A stretch of DNA of 64,000 bases from Squalus acanthias (taxonomy: Eukaryota). Under the pieces are notes generated by a model that worked only from the letters and a program-made list of their open reading frames with translations, ran no database searches and was not told the origin of the DNA. The stretch is from contig CM059432.1 of assembly GCA_030390025.1 (NCBI GenBank), forward strand, positions 139,006,001 through 139,070,000, given 5' to 3'. This document shows positions 37,735 to 49,500 of this stretch, piece after piece; position 1 is the stretch's first letter; every line of letters starts with the position of its first letter. The position numbers and the translations under genes were made by a program.

Positions 37735-38043
37735 TAACCTCCTCCAGTCCTACAGCCCCCCTGAGATCTCTGTGCTCCTCCAATTCTGGCCTCTTGCTCA
37801 TCCCTAATTTTAATCGCCGTGCCTTCAGCTGCCTGGCTGCTAAGCTCTGGAATTCCCTCCCTAAACCTCTCGGTCTCTCTACTCCTTTAAGATGCTCCTT
37901 AAAACCTACCTCTTTGACCAAGTTCCTGTCCTAATATCTCCTTATGTGGCTGGATGTCAAATTTTTGTTTGATATCGCTCCTGTGAAGCACCTTGGGCCG
38001 TTTTACTACATTAAAGGCGCTATATAAATGCAAGTTGTTGTTA
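37735..38043 (+). mobile_element. L2 LINE 3' end
   Basis: Collinear with 27745-28080. Confidence 0.85.
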
Positions 38044-38151
38044 TTAAAGAGGGTTGACTTAGTTACGGGCTTCCATCTCTGCCGCTCCGTACAGAAGCTG
38101 CTTACCGCCTCCCATGAGGAGGAGCATCCTTAGCAGGCCATCAGACAAAGT

Positions 38152-38555
38152 GTCAACCGTGGCTCAGTGGGTAGCACTCTCGCTTCTGAGTCAGAATGTT
38201 GTGGGTTTAAGTCCCACTCCAGAGACTGGAGTACAAAAATCTAGGCTGACACTCCAGGGCAGTACTGAGGGAGCGCCGCACTGTCAGAGGTGCCGTCTTC
38301 TGGATGAGATGTTAAACCAAGGCCCTGTCTGCCCTCTGGATGTAAATGATCCCACGGCACTATTTCGAAGATGAGCAGGGGAGTTATCCCCGGTGTCCTG
38401 GCCAATATTTATCCCTCAACCAACAGCACTAAAACCCTATATTATCTGGTCATTATCACATTGCTGTTTGTGGGAGCTTGCTGTGCACAAATCGGTTGCC
38501 ATGTTTCCTGCATTGCAACTTCGAAAGTACTTCAAAATGCAAGTCTTTCTTTCTT
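38152..38555 (+). mobile_element. Deu-domain SINE with internal deletions
   Basis: Head, core and tail match 11373-11832. Confidence 0.88.
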
Positions 38556-38837
38556 CCTAACTGACAAGTAGAGGTTTGAGCCCACACCAGGTGGACAGTG
38601 GTTACTGGCCGCTCCTCGTAAACAGCACTGTCAGTTGAACACCATGGTGAGCAGCACAACTCACCCCGAGGATGTGAAGGAGCGTTGCCACCATCCTCCT
38701 GACCACAGCATGGACACATATCATAGCCCACAGAACAATGCTTCCACCAGTCAGAGGTGCAGAACTTCACCTAGTTGCCTCTTTGCAACATAATCATGCT
38801 AGCACTAAGCCCTGGATATACAAATGTGACTTCTCAG

Positions 38838-39078
38838 GTAACCAACGCCTCGATTTTAAAATTCTCATCCTCCTGTTTGAATCCCACCATGGCCTCAACC
38901 CTCCCTTTCTTTGTAACCTCCTCCAGCCCTATAACCTTCTGAGAACTCTGCGGTCCTCGAACTCTGGTCTCTTGTGCATCCCCCTACTCCTTTCACCCCA
39001 GCCGTCTAGTCCTCAAGTTGTGGAATTCCCTCCCTAAACCTCTCCGTCTCTCCACCTGCTCCTTTAAGACCCTCCTTT
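38838..39078 (+). mobile_element. L2 fragment
   Basis: QRLDFKILILLFESHHGL; ggaattccctccctaaacctctc. Confidence 0.8.
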
Positions 39079-39079
39079 T

Positions 39080-39870
39080 GAGTCCATTTGAAAGTCTATT
39101 CAACACGTTGATCCCTCTGTGTGTGTGAAAAATTTTCTAATATCCGTCCTAAAATTATTTGTTTCCTCATTTCATTGAAATTATCCCTTGTAAAGTTATA
39201 TACCAGGCTCCTGGTCTTTGGCACTTCTGAATGCCGCATGCTAAACTTTATCATTCTGCATTTGCTGTCACCTAGGGGTGCTACAACTTCCATTTCGTGT
39301 ACATTTCTGGGTCTTTTACGAATACCAGATTAAAATGTGCATTGCCTCTCAGGGCTTCCTTCACACAAGTGTGTCAAGAAGTGGTCATCCATTACATCTG
39401 CCAACTCTGGCTCTAAACCACTTGAATTTTTTCAGCTTATTTTAAGTTGATTGAAGTCTCCCCTTAAAATAACATTCCTGTTTGTACAACCCTTTCCGTC
39501 TCTTCATGGAGCAAACTACCCTTTTTTTTACGCCAACCTGGTGCTCTATCGCATACACCACGGTTAGCTGGGATTTTTTTTGCATTAGAGTGATCTAGCC
39601 ACAGTGGTACATTCTATAACATTCAACCTCCCAAAGGAACATCTTTTAGCTCCCAGATGTCCCCAGCAAATAACATTTGACCACCTCATTTTTTGTCCAA
39701 GCTTGTCTTTTCTAAACAGTCTGTACCACTGAATGTTAAACTTATTTCTATTCTCCGCATTTAACCCGAAATAAAAGTCCCACCATATCAATTATCTACT
39801 GCCACAACAGCCTGTAGTTTCAGCATCTTATTTCTAATGCTTCAGCCGTTCATGTATCTTCATCTTATTA
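39080..39870 (-). pseudogene. Decayed CR1 ORF2 endonuclease region
   Basis: YRLFRKD, GDFN (gttgaagtctcccc on +) and LGDS.C.MIKF...YNF motifs. Confidence 0.6.
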
Positions 39871-39939
39871 TAGATTTACCGCCTCTCACGTCCCCTTGTT
39901 TCTGCCTATTCTGAGTCTCGGGTACATGCGCATCTCTCT

Positions 39940-40298
39940 TAGGGTTACCAACCCTCCAGGATTGCCCTGGAGTCTCCAGGAATTAAAGATTACTCTCCTG
40001 CTGCAAGCAATCTAAGTGAAAAATCATCAGGACAATAAAAAAAAGTGTATTTTTTTTAAATTCTCTTTGAACACTTTTGTTTACTAATTAAGAAAATATT
40101 GGACATGGGAAAAAAGGCTGTTTGACTGACAGTCAAGAATCAGCCAATTGGGATCCAATTGGCCATGGGAAGGCGGGGCACCACGAGGATGGACATGCTG
40201 GGTGGCCAATGGCAGGAGTGTGGGGGCGGGGCAGTTGGAGGCAGATAGTCACGTGATGACAACTCCAGGAATATACCCAACCAGAGTTGGCAACCCTA
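39940..40298. mobile_element. hAT-type MITE, 359 bp
   Basis: TIRs TAGGGTTACCAAC / GTTGGCAACCCTA (one mismatch); 8-bp TSD ATCTCTCT at 39932-39939 and 40299-40306. Confidence 0.9.
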
Positions 40299-40401
40299 AT
40301 CTCTCTTGGTAAGTGACCATGCCTACCTACTGACTGCCTTCTACCCTATGATCTGTCTCATCTGGAATCCTATTTTCCCTGTACCCTCCACTCCAACCTG
40401 T

Positions 40402-40862
40402 GTCAGCCGTGGCTCAGTGGGTAGCACACTCGACTCGGAGTCTGAAGGTCGTGGATTCAAGCCGCACTCCAGAGACCTGAGCACAAACTCTAGGCTGACC
40501 AGTGCAGTACTGAGGGAGTGCTGCACTGTCGGAGATGTTGTCTTTCGGATGAGACATTAAACCGAGGACTTGTCTGCCCTCTCAGGTGGACGTAAAAGAT
40601 CCCATGTCATTATTTCGAAGAGCGCAGAGGAGTTCTCCCCGGTGTCCTGGGCCAATATTTATCCCTCAACCAACATCATTAAAACAGATTATCTGGTCAT
40701 GATCACACTGCTGTTTGTGGGACCTTGCTGTGCACAAATTGGTTGCCGCATTTCCTGGATTACAACAGCAGCTACATTTCAAAAGTAATGAGTTGGCTGT
40801 AAAGCACTGTGGGACGTCCTAAGGTCGTGAAAGGCGCTGTAGAAATGCAAGTTCCTTCTCCT
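40402..40862 (+). mobile_element. Full-length Deu-domain SINE
   Basis: Collinear with 11373-11832. Confidence 0.9.
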
Positions 40863-40919
40863 TCTTTTCGCCTGTCTCGTTTAAATGGTTTTCTGTTGCT
40901 GCCTCGATGTTCCTCGAAA

Positions 40920-41095
40920 GTGTCTATGTCCCTGCTTGGTTTAGGTGTAGCCCATCTACCCTGTAACAGTCCTTTTTATTCTGGAACGATTCCCAGTTAT
41001 TTATGAAAGTTGCATCGTTCTGTCCTAGCCATACTACCAGCCACTTGTTTAGCTTCTCAATGTTGTTGGTGAATCCCCTCCTTTCCCAAATATTG
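40920..41095 (-). pseudogene. CR1 ORF1 SGNH esterase-like fragment
   Basis: IEKLNKWL...FINNWESF...YRVDGLHLNQAGT; DGLHL is the SGNH block V motif. Confidence 0.75.
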
Positions 41096-41102
41096 GAAAT
41101 AT

Positions 41103-41482
41103 ACAACAGCTTGCATTTATTTAACACCTTCAACATCGAAACACATTTAAGGTGCTCTGCAGAGGTGTAATGAAACAAAAATGGACGCCAAGCCAAAGAA
41201 GGAGATATTAGGAGGGGTGGCCAAAAGCTTGATCAATGGGGCGGGTTTTAAGGAAGGTCCTGAAGGAGGAGAGGAAGGTGTATAGGTAGAAGGCGTTTAG
41301 GGAGGGTATTCCAAAGCATGGTGTCTAGATGCCTGAAGGCATGGCCACCAATGGTGGGGCAAAGGGAGGGGAGAGATGCACAAGAGGCCAGAGCCGGCAA
41401 AACAGAGAGATCAGTGGGGTGAGATTGTTGGGCTGGAGGAGGTTATGGAGATAGGAAGGGGCGAGACCATGGACGGCTTTTA
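41103..41482 (-). mobile_element. L2 LINE 3' end
   Basis: Reverse of the L2 tail and ORF2 C-terminus. Confidence 0.8.
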
Positions 41483-42402
41483 ACAGCCGTGCTGTGCCCA
41501 AGGCTTTGGCGTGTTTAACTTGCTATTGTGGGTTCTTTTCTCCCGATGCTGATAAGCTTCCGTTGGAGTCTATGTCCCAACGTAATCCGTGGTATGAAGT
41601 TAAACAGTCCTCTATGCCCTTCTGCTTTGATATATTAGGATTAATAATTTCAGATTCCGAGGTCGCAGCCACACCAGTGATAAGCATTAAATTGGCTGAT
41701 TCAGTGCAAGTCATCATGCTCAGGTAAGGAGAGAAAATAATGCGGGGGAGGGGGGGGGGGGGCGGAAAGAGTACAGAAGCAATGGATGTTTGTGTTATAC
41801 CCTAAAGATTACATCTTAAAGTGAAAAAAGCTTTGCTCCTGAGTAATGAAGATATAAAACAAATGGTGTTGGAAAAAAAAAGACAAATTAACTAAAAATA
41901 GGTACCAATTAACAATTCACATAAGTGCACTTGTAATGGAACAGTGTAAATTAACATGATCCTACTCTCAAACATTTGCCACATAACTAATTATTGACTA
42001 TAGCAGAAGGAAAAATAACCCCCCCCCCATCTCATGTATTTTTTTTGACGCAAGATTCCTCGGTTTTCATTTTGTTTGTGCTAATTAAACACCTGGCAAT
42101 CCATTTCTCAGGGCATTATATTTGAAACAGAGGTTTTGTTCCTGCATCTTTATTTTCTGTGGTTATAAATAGTATTAGGTGAAAAACACTTGACTATTCA
42201 AATTAGCGGAATCATTCCTGCTGTTCTTGACAGATGCTGCTGTAGAATGGTGAACGGTATTTTGAAAATATCAAATACTCAAAACAGCCACGGGACCCAC
42301 AAGTGACCCCCTCGTTGCTAATTTGCTTAACTGTTACAAGGAAACCTCCCTGAATGATCTTCTCCCTTATTTGACAAATCTACCATTTGAATTATTTTTT
42401 TA

Positions 42403-42765
42403 AAAGACTTGTAGTTCTATAACGCCTTTCACGAGCTCAGTACGTCCCAAAGCGCTTTACAGCCAATGAAATACTTTTTTGAAGTGTGATCACTGTTGTA
42501 ATGTGGGAAACACAGCAGCCAATTTGCGCAAAGCAAAGTTCCACAAACAGCAATGTGATAATGACCAGATAATTTTTTTTTTTTTTAAAGTGACGCTGGT
42601 TGAAGGATAAATATTGGTCAGGACACCGGGGAGAATTCCCCTGCTCTTCTTCGAAATAGTGCCATGGGATCTTTTACTTCCGCCTGAGAGGGCAGACGCT
42701 GGAGTGGGACTTGAACCCACAACCTCCTGACTCAGAGGCGAGAGAGTACTACCCACTGAGTCATT
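42403..42765 (-). mobile_element. Deu-domain SINE with internal deletion
   Basis: Tail, core and head in reverse; the segment between gggcagac and ctggagtgggac is missing. Confidence 0.85.
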
Positions 42766-43069
42766 ACACAAAGAAATTCATCAGTAAAATTTTTCTTCAA
42801 ATACTTTTTGAGGCATGTAATCTTGATTAACGCTCACCTACAAATTCCCCCACCTCAGTGAGATGAAAACAAGACTTAGCAATGGGATGTTATGTAAAAA
42901 CACTCTGCAATAGCATCTATAGGCAGGTGGTCAACTTCCATATGTATGTTGATTCACCAGCTGGACCTCTCCAGCACTTCCCCAAGCCCGCCAGCCGCTT
43001 CTGTGCTGTTGGACTGCCTGTGGGACATTAAGCTGCGATGAGTTAACATTCCCTCATAGTGATGAGTTG

Positions 43070-43850
43070 AACATAGGAACAGGTGTAGGCCACTCAGCCC
43101 CTCGAGTCTGTTCCGCCATTCAATGAGATCATAGCTGATCTGTATCCTAACCCCATTTACCCGCCTTGGCTCCATAACCCTTAATACCCTTGTCTAGCAA
43201 AAAATCTGTCGATCTCCCAATTAAAATTATTAATTGAGCTAGCATCTACTGCTTTTTGTGGAAGAGAGTTCCACACTTCTACCACCCTGTGTGTGAAGAA
43301 GTGTTTCATAGAATCATAGAATAGTACAGCACAGGAGGCGGCCATTTGGCCCATCGAGTCTGCGCCGGCTCTTTCGAACAGCAATCCAGTTAGTCCCACT
43401 CCCCCGCTCTTTCCCCATATCCCTGCAATTTTTTCTCCTTCAAGTATTCATCCAATTCACTTTTGAAGATTATTGAATCTGTATCCATCATCCTATCAGG
43501 CAGTGCATTCCAAATCCTAACCACTCGTTGCGTGAAAAAGTTTTTCTTCATGTCACCTCTGGTTCTTTTGCCAATCACCTTAAATCTGTGCCCTCTCATT
43601 ATCGATCCTTCAGCCATTGGAAACAGTTTCTCTTTATTTACTCTATCTAAACCCTTCATGATTTTAAACACCTCTATCAAATCTCCTCTTGGTCTTCTCT
43701 GCTGCACAGAGAACAACTCCAGATTCTCTAGTATATCCACATAACTGTAATCCCTCATCTTGGAACCATTCTAGTAAATCTCTTCTGTACCCTCCAAAGC
43801 CTTCACGTCCTTCCTAAAGTGTGGTGCCAGACTTGGACACAATACTCCAG
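43070..43850 (-). mobile_element. Two adjacent CR1 3' ends (43070-43305 and 43307-43850)
   Basis: FFTHRVVEVWNSLP and RGDLIEVFKIMKG...FFTQRVVRIWNALP, each with its own tail. Confidence 0.88.
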
Positions 43851-45829
43851 TTTTTTTTTAATTCTTAATTTCCTAACTTCTCTCCTGAATGGCCTCTCTC
43901 TGATTTTAAGGTTATATCCCCTTGTCCTGGACTCACCCCGCTAACATGAAGTGACAGTGGCACCATAGTGCAACCCAGGGGACAGTATTTTCTCACCTCC
44001 ACTTCATCTATCACCCTTAGATGGATTGCTTCTGTGCAAGCCCTTGCAGTCCCATTCATCCACCTCGTTGCCGGATGTTATCATGCTGTTGCCCCTTCCC
44101 TTTCGACTGCCCAGTGAAAAAAGGCTATTCCAGCTTCCGTGGAGAAATTGAAGGTTATTTCCGACAACTATTAAAATACAACAATATCTGTTCTTTCGGG
44201 ATTTCCCCCCCACCCCCCCGCCCCGTGTTACTGTTGGGTAGTTTCAGGCTTTCTTTGAGTAACTGTCCACAATGGTGTAATCGAAATCAGGAGCTTACTG
44301 TGTGCAGATTCACAGGCGCAGTTCCAGGTTGTTGTTGTACAGCAGTTTACGGCATTGCTCTGAGTGGCCTCTGAGCAAGGAATAGTTTGGGGCTGTGTCC
44401 CCCCCGCTCCAACAAAAAAAGTTAAAAACCAGCGATTAGTGCGCATAATTAGAAATAAGTTATAGTTAGCGTAACAAAAGTGAGAGAAAGCAAGAAAATG
44501 GCAAAGAGATTGGAGGAAGTTAGGAAAGACAATGCAAATATTTTTTTTAAATTTTATTTAAAATTGTTCTTAAACTCTTCATTTAGTTGTTATGTTACAA
44601 CAGCAAAACTCCTGATATTAAATTAGCTTTATTTTAATATTTTGCCTTGCTACAGCATCATAGCAGGGGAGCCAAGAAAGAATGAATAGCCATGGGAGCT
44701 TGGGAATCCCCTGGAGCTGTCAGCAGCTGAAAGATTAAGAGGCAGAAGGGCACAGTCCCAGCGGATAGCTGTGATCAGAGGGAATGCGGGTCAGAGATAC
44801 GGCTGGAAGAGTGCAGTGCCGATTCTCCTGCCCGTGCTTGCTGTGTGGAGCACCGCACTGGGATCAGTCAATTTTATCCTCAGCGGACGGTAAATAACTT
44901 CCGAACGATCACGGCAACAGATTGTCCACTTTACCACAACTTCCTGAACATTTGGAATGTCAATGTGTAGAACAGGAAAATAAAACGCACAGGCTTTGGG
45001 TCTGAACCCAAGACACTTTGTTGATATGATTGTTCTGGTAAGTTCTCTACTTTCTACTGAGGATAACATTCTTTGCTGGGGATAAAATTACATTCTCTTG
45101 GATATATTCACTGATCCCAACTTCAGACTGTGGGTCAAAACCTGGGATGAAAAACCTGGCTTCTTTTTTTCTTCTTTAAAAAAAAAAGTGTGATGGCTTA
45201 GGTTAGTCAGAGAGACATTTTGATTGCTGTGTCAATGAGGTATTCTCTGTTGTTTGTGGGAGAAGTTTCTCTGTACAAGAATGGCTACTGAGATCTTCAA
45301 CAAGTGTTGGGAGCAAATTTCCTCAAGGCTTTTGAAATCCGATAAAAAAAAAATCAAGATGCTTTCATATTACCATGTACAATTCTGTTCTGATTGCAAA
45401 TCAGTTGGAAAATAATGGACACTTCATTTGAAGTTCTGGCAAAACATGAAAGGATTTGATGAAGTGGGGGTCTGTTTTTTTTCCAACATTAATAGGTAAA
45501 TATGACAGATCAAGTTTTTTTTTTTAAATAAGTGGGTGTGCTATGCCATGAGTTGCAGAATATAGCCTGTGTCTTGTGCGTCTCAGATATCTTTGTACTG
45601 CTGATTTTATCAGTCATTCCTCGTCTAGTTCTCTGTGGGGTTTTTTTCTGCTCAACTCTGTCCACTTTTACTTCTCTCGCTTTTTGTCTTGTGACTCAGA
45701 GGGTGAGGAAAACACGGTGATGGGAAAGGCACTGCACCTCCCTCGCAAGACATTTGGTGTTGCAGCATCGCAACCCGCTTCAGTCGCACCATATGCGAGC
45801 ATACCCTCAGTCTAAGTGCTTCTTCTACT

Positions 45830-46045
45830 TATAGAATGATACAGCACAGAAGGATGCCATTTGTCCCATCGTGCCAGTGCTGACTCTTTGAAAGAGGTAG
45901 ACAATTAATCCCACTCCCCTGCTCTTTACCCATAGACCTGCAAATTTTCCCCTTCAAGTATTTATCCAATTCTCCACTGAAAGTTACTATTGAATCTGCT
46001 TCCACCACCCTTTCAGGCAGCGCATTTCAGATCATAACAACTCGC
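45830..46045 (-). mobile_element. CR1 3' end
   Basis: Similar to 43315-43525. Confidence 0.8.
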
Positions 46046-46366
46046 CACCACTTTACTCTCCTGACAATAAGCTCCCAAATCACCCTCCCCTTCCTACTTC
46101 ATTCTCTATATCTCTCAATTACCCCGATCATCTTTCTCCCTCTCCTCTCACTCTTTGCCCTCTCAATGGTTATTCCCCCTACCCCGGTCTTGGGACACAC
46201 CAACAGGTCAGGGCTTGCTGCCGGCTATTTGCCAGTCCCAGCCTGCCCATAGTCTTCCCAGCACCTCTTGCAATCTCGCATCACTCCCAAGCCTGATCTG
46301 CACTTTTCACTAAAAGGTCTTGCCCTTATTTAGCCCCTTTCCCGTCCCAACACACTTTAGAACCAA

Positions 46367-46435
46367 CTAAGTACTTTTGAAGTGTAGTCACTGTTGTAAT
46401 GTAGAAAATGCAGCAACCAATTTCCACACACAAGG
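46367..46435 (-). mobile_element. Deu-domain SINE, 3' part, split by the Gypsy insertion
   Basis: gtacttttgaagtgtagtcactgttgtaatgtag matches other SINE copies in reverse; continues at 50745. Confidence 0.85.
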
Positions 46436-46502
46436 TCCAGTATTTATCCTGGACTGATTACAGGAAGTGATGTCATACAGGAAGCTGAAAAGTGTTACCA
46501 CA
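46436..46502 (-). repeat. 3' LTR, truncated to 67 bp
   Basis: 67/67 identical to 50673-50739; begins right after the polypurine tract and ends at the TSD. Confidence 0.93.
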
Positions 46503-46514
46503 TTCTCCCCCCCC
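46503..46514 (-). promoter_or_regulatory. Polypurine tract GGGGGGGGAGAA
   Basis: All-purine run on the minus strand immediately before the TG of the 3' LTR. Confidence 0.9.
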
Positions 46515-46520
46515 AAAAGA

Positions 46521-49500
46521 TTAGGAGGCCGGAATGCTCCCTCCATTTCGTAGCCGTTGGATGAGGGAGAGCCGCACCCGTTTGGGTTCTCGTAGCGGTA
46601 GAGGGCCCCTAGCCCGTTTACCCGCTGCGGGCCATGGACCAGAGTCCGAGTGCTCCAGCCCGCTCTGTGAGGGGTCAGAACGATCCTGACCGTGTACTGG
46701 TACCCGAATGGGTGTCGGGCAGGGCTGTGGCAGATCCGTTTCTGAGCGTACGGTACAGGGTTGATCGTGGCTGCGCGTGCGAGCCCCGACGGGCTCATAG
46801 TCAGTCTGCCCCAGGTCGGCACGCTGGAGTGAGGTACCAGCCGGCGTCAGATCCCGATCATGATGAGAGGCACCTGGCAAGCCCAGAGATGTGCCTGGTA
46901 CAATATCATCCCCTGGTGTCCCTCTATGTTTCGGCGGGCAGGGAGCCAGATCCCGCAATGACACGGTAGATTCCCGACCGTCAGGATACCGAATATAGGC
47001 GTAGGTAGGGTTGACGTCAGTGAGCTCAACCTCATCTACCAGGGGGTCATTCTTAGACGCCCGGACATATCTTCGGAGTAGCACTGGTCCCGGTGTAGTC
47101 AGCCACGACGGGAGAGATGTCCCATAGGATGAGCGACGCTGAAATCGGAAGAACCGTTCATGAGGCGTCGTATTTGTGGCGGTCGAAAGGAGGGACCGTG
47201 TGGAGTGTAATGCGTCTGGAAGTACTGCTTCCCATTGCTGGTTGGGTAGGCCCCGAGATCTCAAAGCCAGACGTACCGCATTCCAGATGATAGCGTTAAA
47301 ACGCTCGACTTGCCCATTCCCAACCGGATGATAAGGCGTCGTTTTGCTGGCAGCAATACCCCGTTCCGAGAGATAGGCCTTGAGTTCTCCCGACATAAAA
47401 GAAGGGCCCCGATCTGAATGAACATAGGATGCCATGCCACAGAAAGCAAATACCTGTTCAAGGCAGCTGATAACCGTGGTTGTCAGCATATTGGGGCAGG
47501 GAAAGGCAAACGGAAAACGAGAATACTCATCAACCATTGTTAATAGATAAGTGTTGCGAGTCGAAGAGGGCAACGGCCCCTTAAAATCGATGCTAAGCCT
47601 TTGCATTGGCTGGGTCGCATGTATGAGTATACCACCCGAGGGGCGGAAAAACCGAGGTTTCAATTCCGCACAGACTCTGCAGTCCGAGCACATCTTCTTT
47701 ACATCCCCGGTAGAGAATGGGAGATTTCGGGACCGCACGAAGTGCAGCATGCGAGTAACGCCTGGATGACACAACCCATCATGGATGTCTACGAGCGTAG
47801 AGGGTGCCATGGCGGAGCAGAATGCTCGTGTGAGGGTATCCGGAGCCACATTCTCCTTGCCAGGTCGATAGTGGATGGTGTAACCAAAAGAGGCCAATTC
47901 CAGCCGCCAAAGCTGGATTTTATTATTTTTAATTTTGGTCCGTTTTCGATTATCGAGCATGAAGGCGACCGATCGCTGGTCCGTGATTAAGGTAACGTGC
48001 TGGCGAGCCAGGAGATGACTCCACTTCCGTACTGCCTCCATGATGGCTGTAGCTTCTTTCTCGACTGGAGGATAATGTAGCTCAGCCCCTTGAAAAGTCC
48101 TGGACAAAAATGCCACCGGACGACCTTCCTGATTCAGAGTGGCTGAGATTGCCACCTCCGAGGCATCACACTCAACCACGAAAGGAAGACTCTCATCGAT
48201 GGAGTGAAGAGCCGCTTTCTCCAACTGCTTTTTCAGGAGGTTAAAGGCTGCAACAGCCGTTGTGTCTAGTGGGAATGTGCTGGCCTTCAGTAGAGGTTGG
48301 ATTCGGTCCGAGAAGTTAGGAATCCATTTCGCATAGTATGCAAACAGGCCGAGGGCCCGGCGCAAGGAGGCCGGATTCTTAGGTGGCGGGAGTTCTTGGA
48401 GTGGGCGAAGCCTTTCAGGGTCAGGTTTAATGATGCCATTGCCCACACAATAGCCAAGGATGTTGATAGTTGGTTGTGACTCAATGGATTTAGCCGCATT
48501 CAATGTCAAATTACGGTGCTGGAGTGCATCCCAAAATCGTTGGAGATTGGCGTCATGTTCCTGCTGATTGCGACCTGCGACAGTAATATTGTCCAGATAA
48601 GGAAACGTATCCTTCAAGTCTTCCTGTTTGACCAGGTCATCCATTGCTCGCTGGAAGACAGCCACTCCATTAGTGACCCCAAAGGGGAGGCGACGAAATT
48701 GATACAGCCGCCCATTGGCTTCAAAGGCTGTATACTGCTTGTCTGAGACCTTTAAGGGTACCTGATGATAGGCGCTTTTCAGATCATAAGTCGAGAACAC
48801 CGTGTACTCAGCCAATTTATTAACCATATCATCGATGCGCGGCAATGGGTATGCGTCCAAGTCCGTATACTGATTGATGGTCTGTGAATAGTCAATGCAC
48901 AGCCGTTTCTTGTGAGGTTGTAGAGGGTTCTTAACAATAACGACCTGGGCGCGCCATGGCGACGAACAAGGCTCGATGATATCCTCTGCTAAAAGCCGAG
49001 AAATCTCAGCCGCAATAAAAGACTGGTCTTCCTGACTGAAACGGCGTGACTTTGTTATAATCGGTTTGCATCGAGGAGGGATACTGGCAAACAGTGAGGG
49101 TTCATCCAGTGAAGCTGCTGACAAGGCACAGAACGGTAATCGAGGTCGTATATTAGAAATAGTGAGTTCAGGTTTGGATCCGCCGAACTCAATGGTAAGC
49201 TTCTTATGCTGCTTTTGAAAATCCAGCCCTAAGATAAGATCACTACATAAGTCCTTGAGCACCGAAAGCCGGGTGGAGGGATACCTGTGACCTTTAAGCA
49301 TTATTTCAACTACACAGAAGCCAGAAATTCTGGTATTAAGTGATGACTGAGCCATCGCAACTGCCTGGTCCGATGGAAAAACATGTAGCTTTAACTGTGC
49401 AACAGTCTGTTCCCTAATGAAACTATCAGTGCTACCTGAGTCAATTAAGGCATCTAAAGTATGTCCCTTAATTGATGCTTTTGTAGCTGCATGGAATAGA

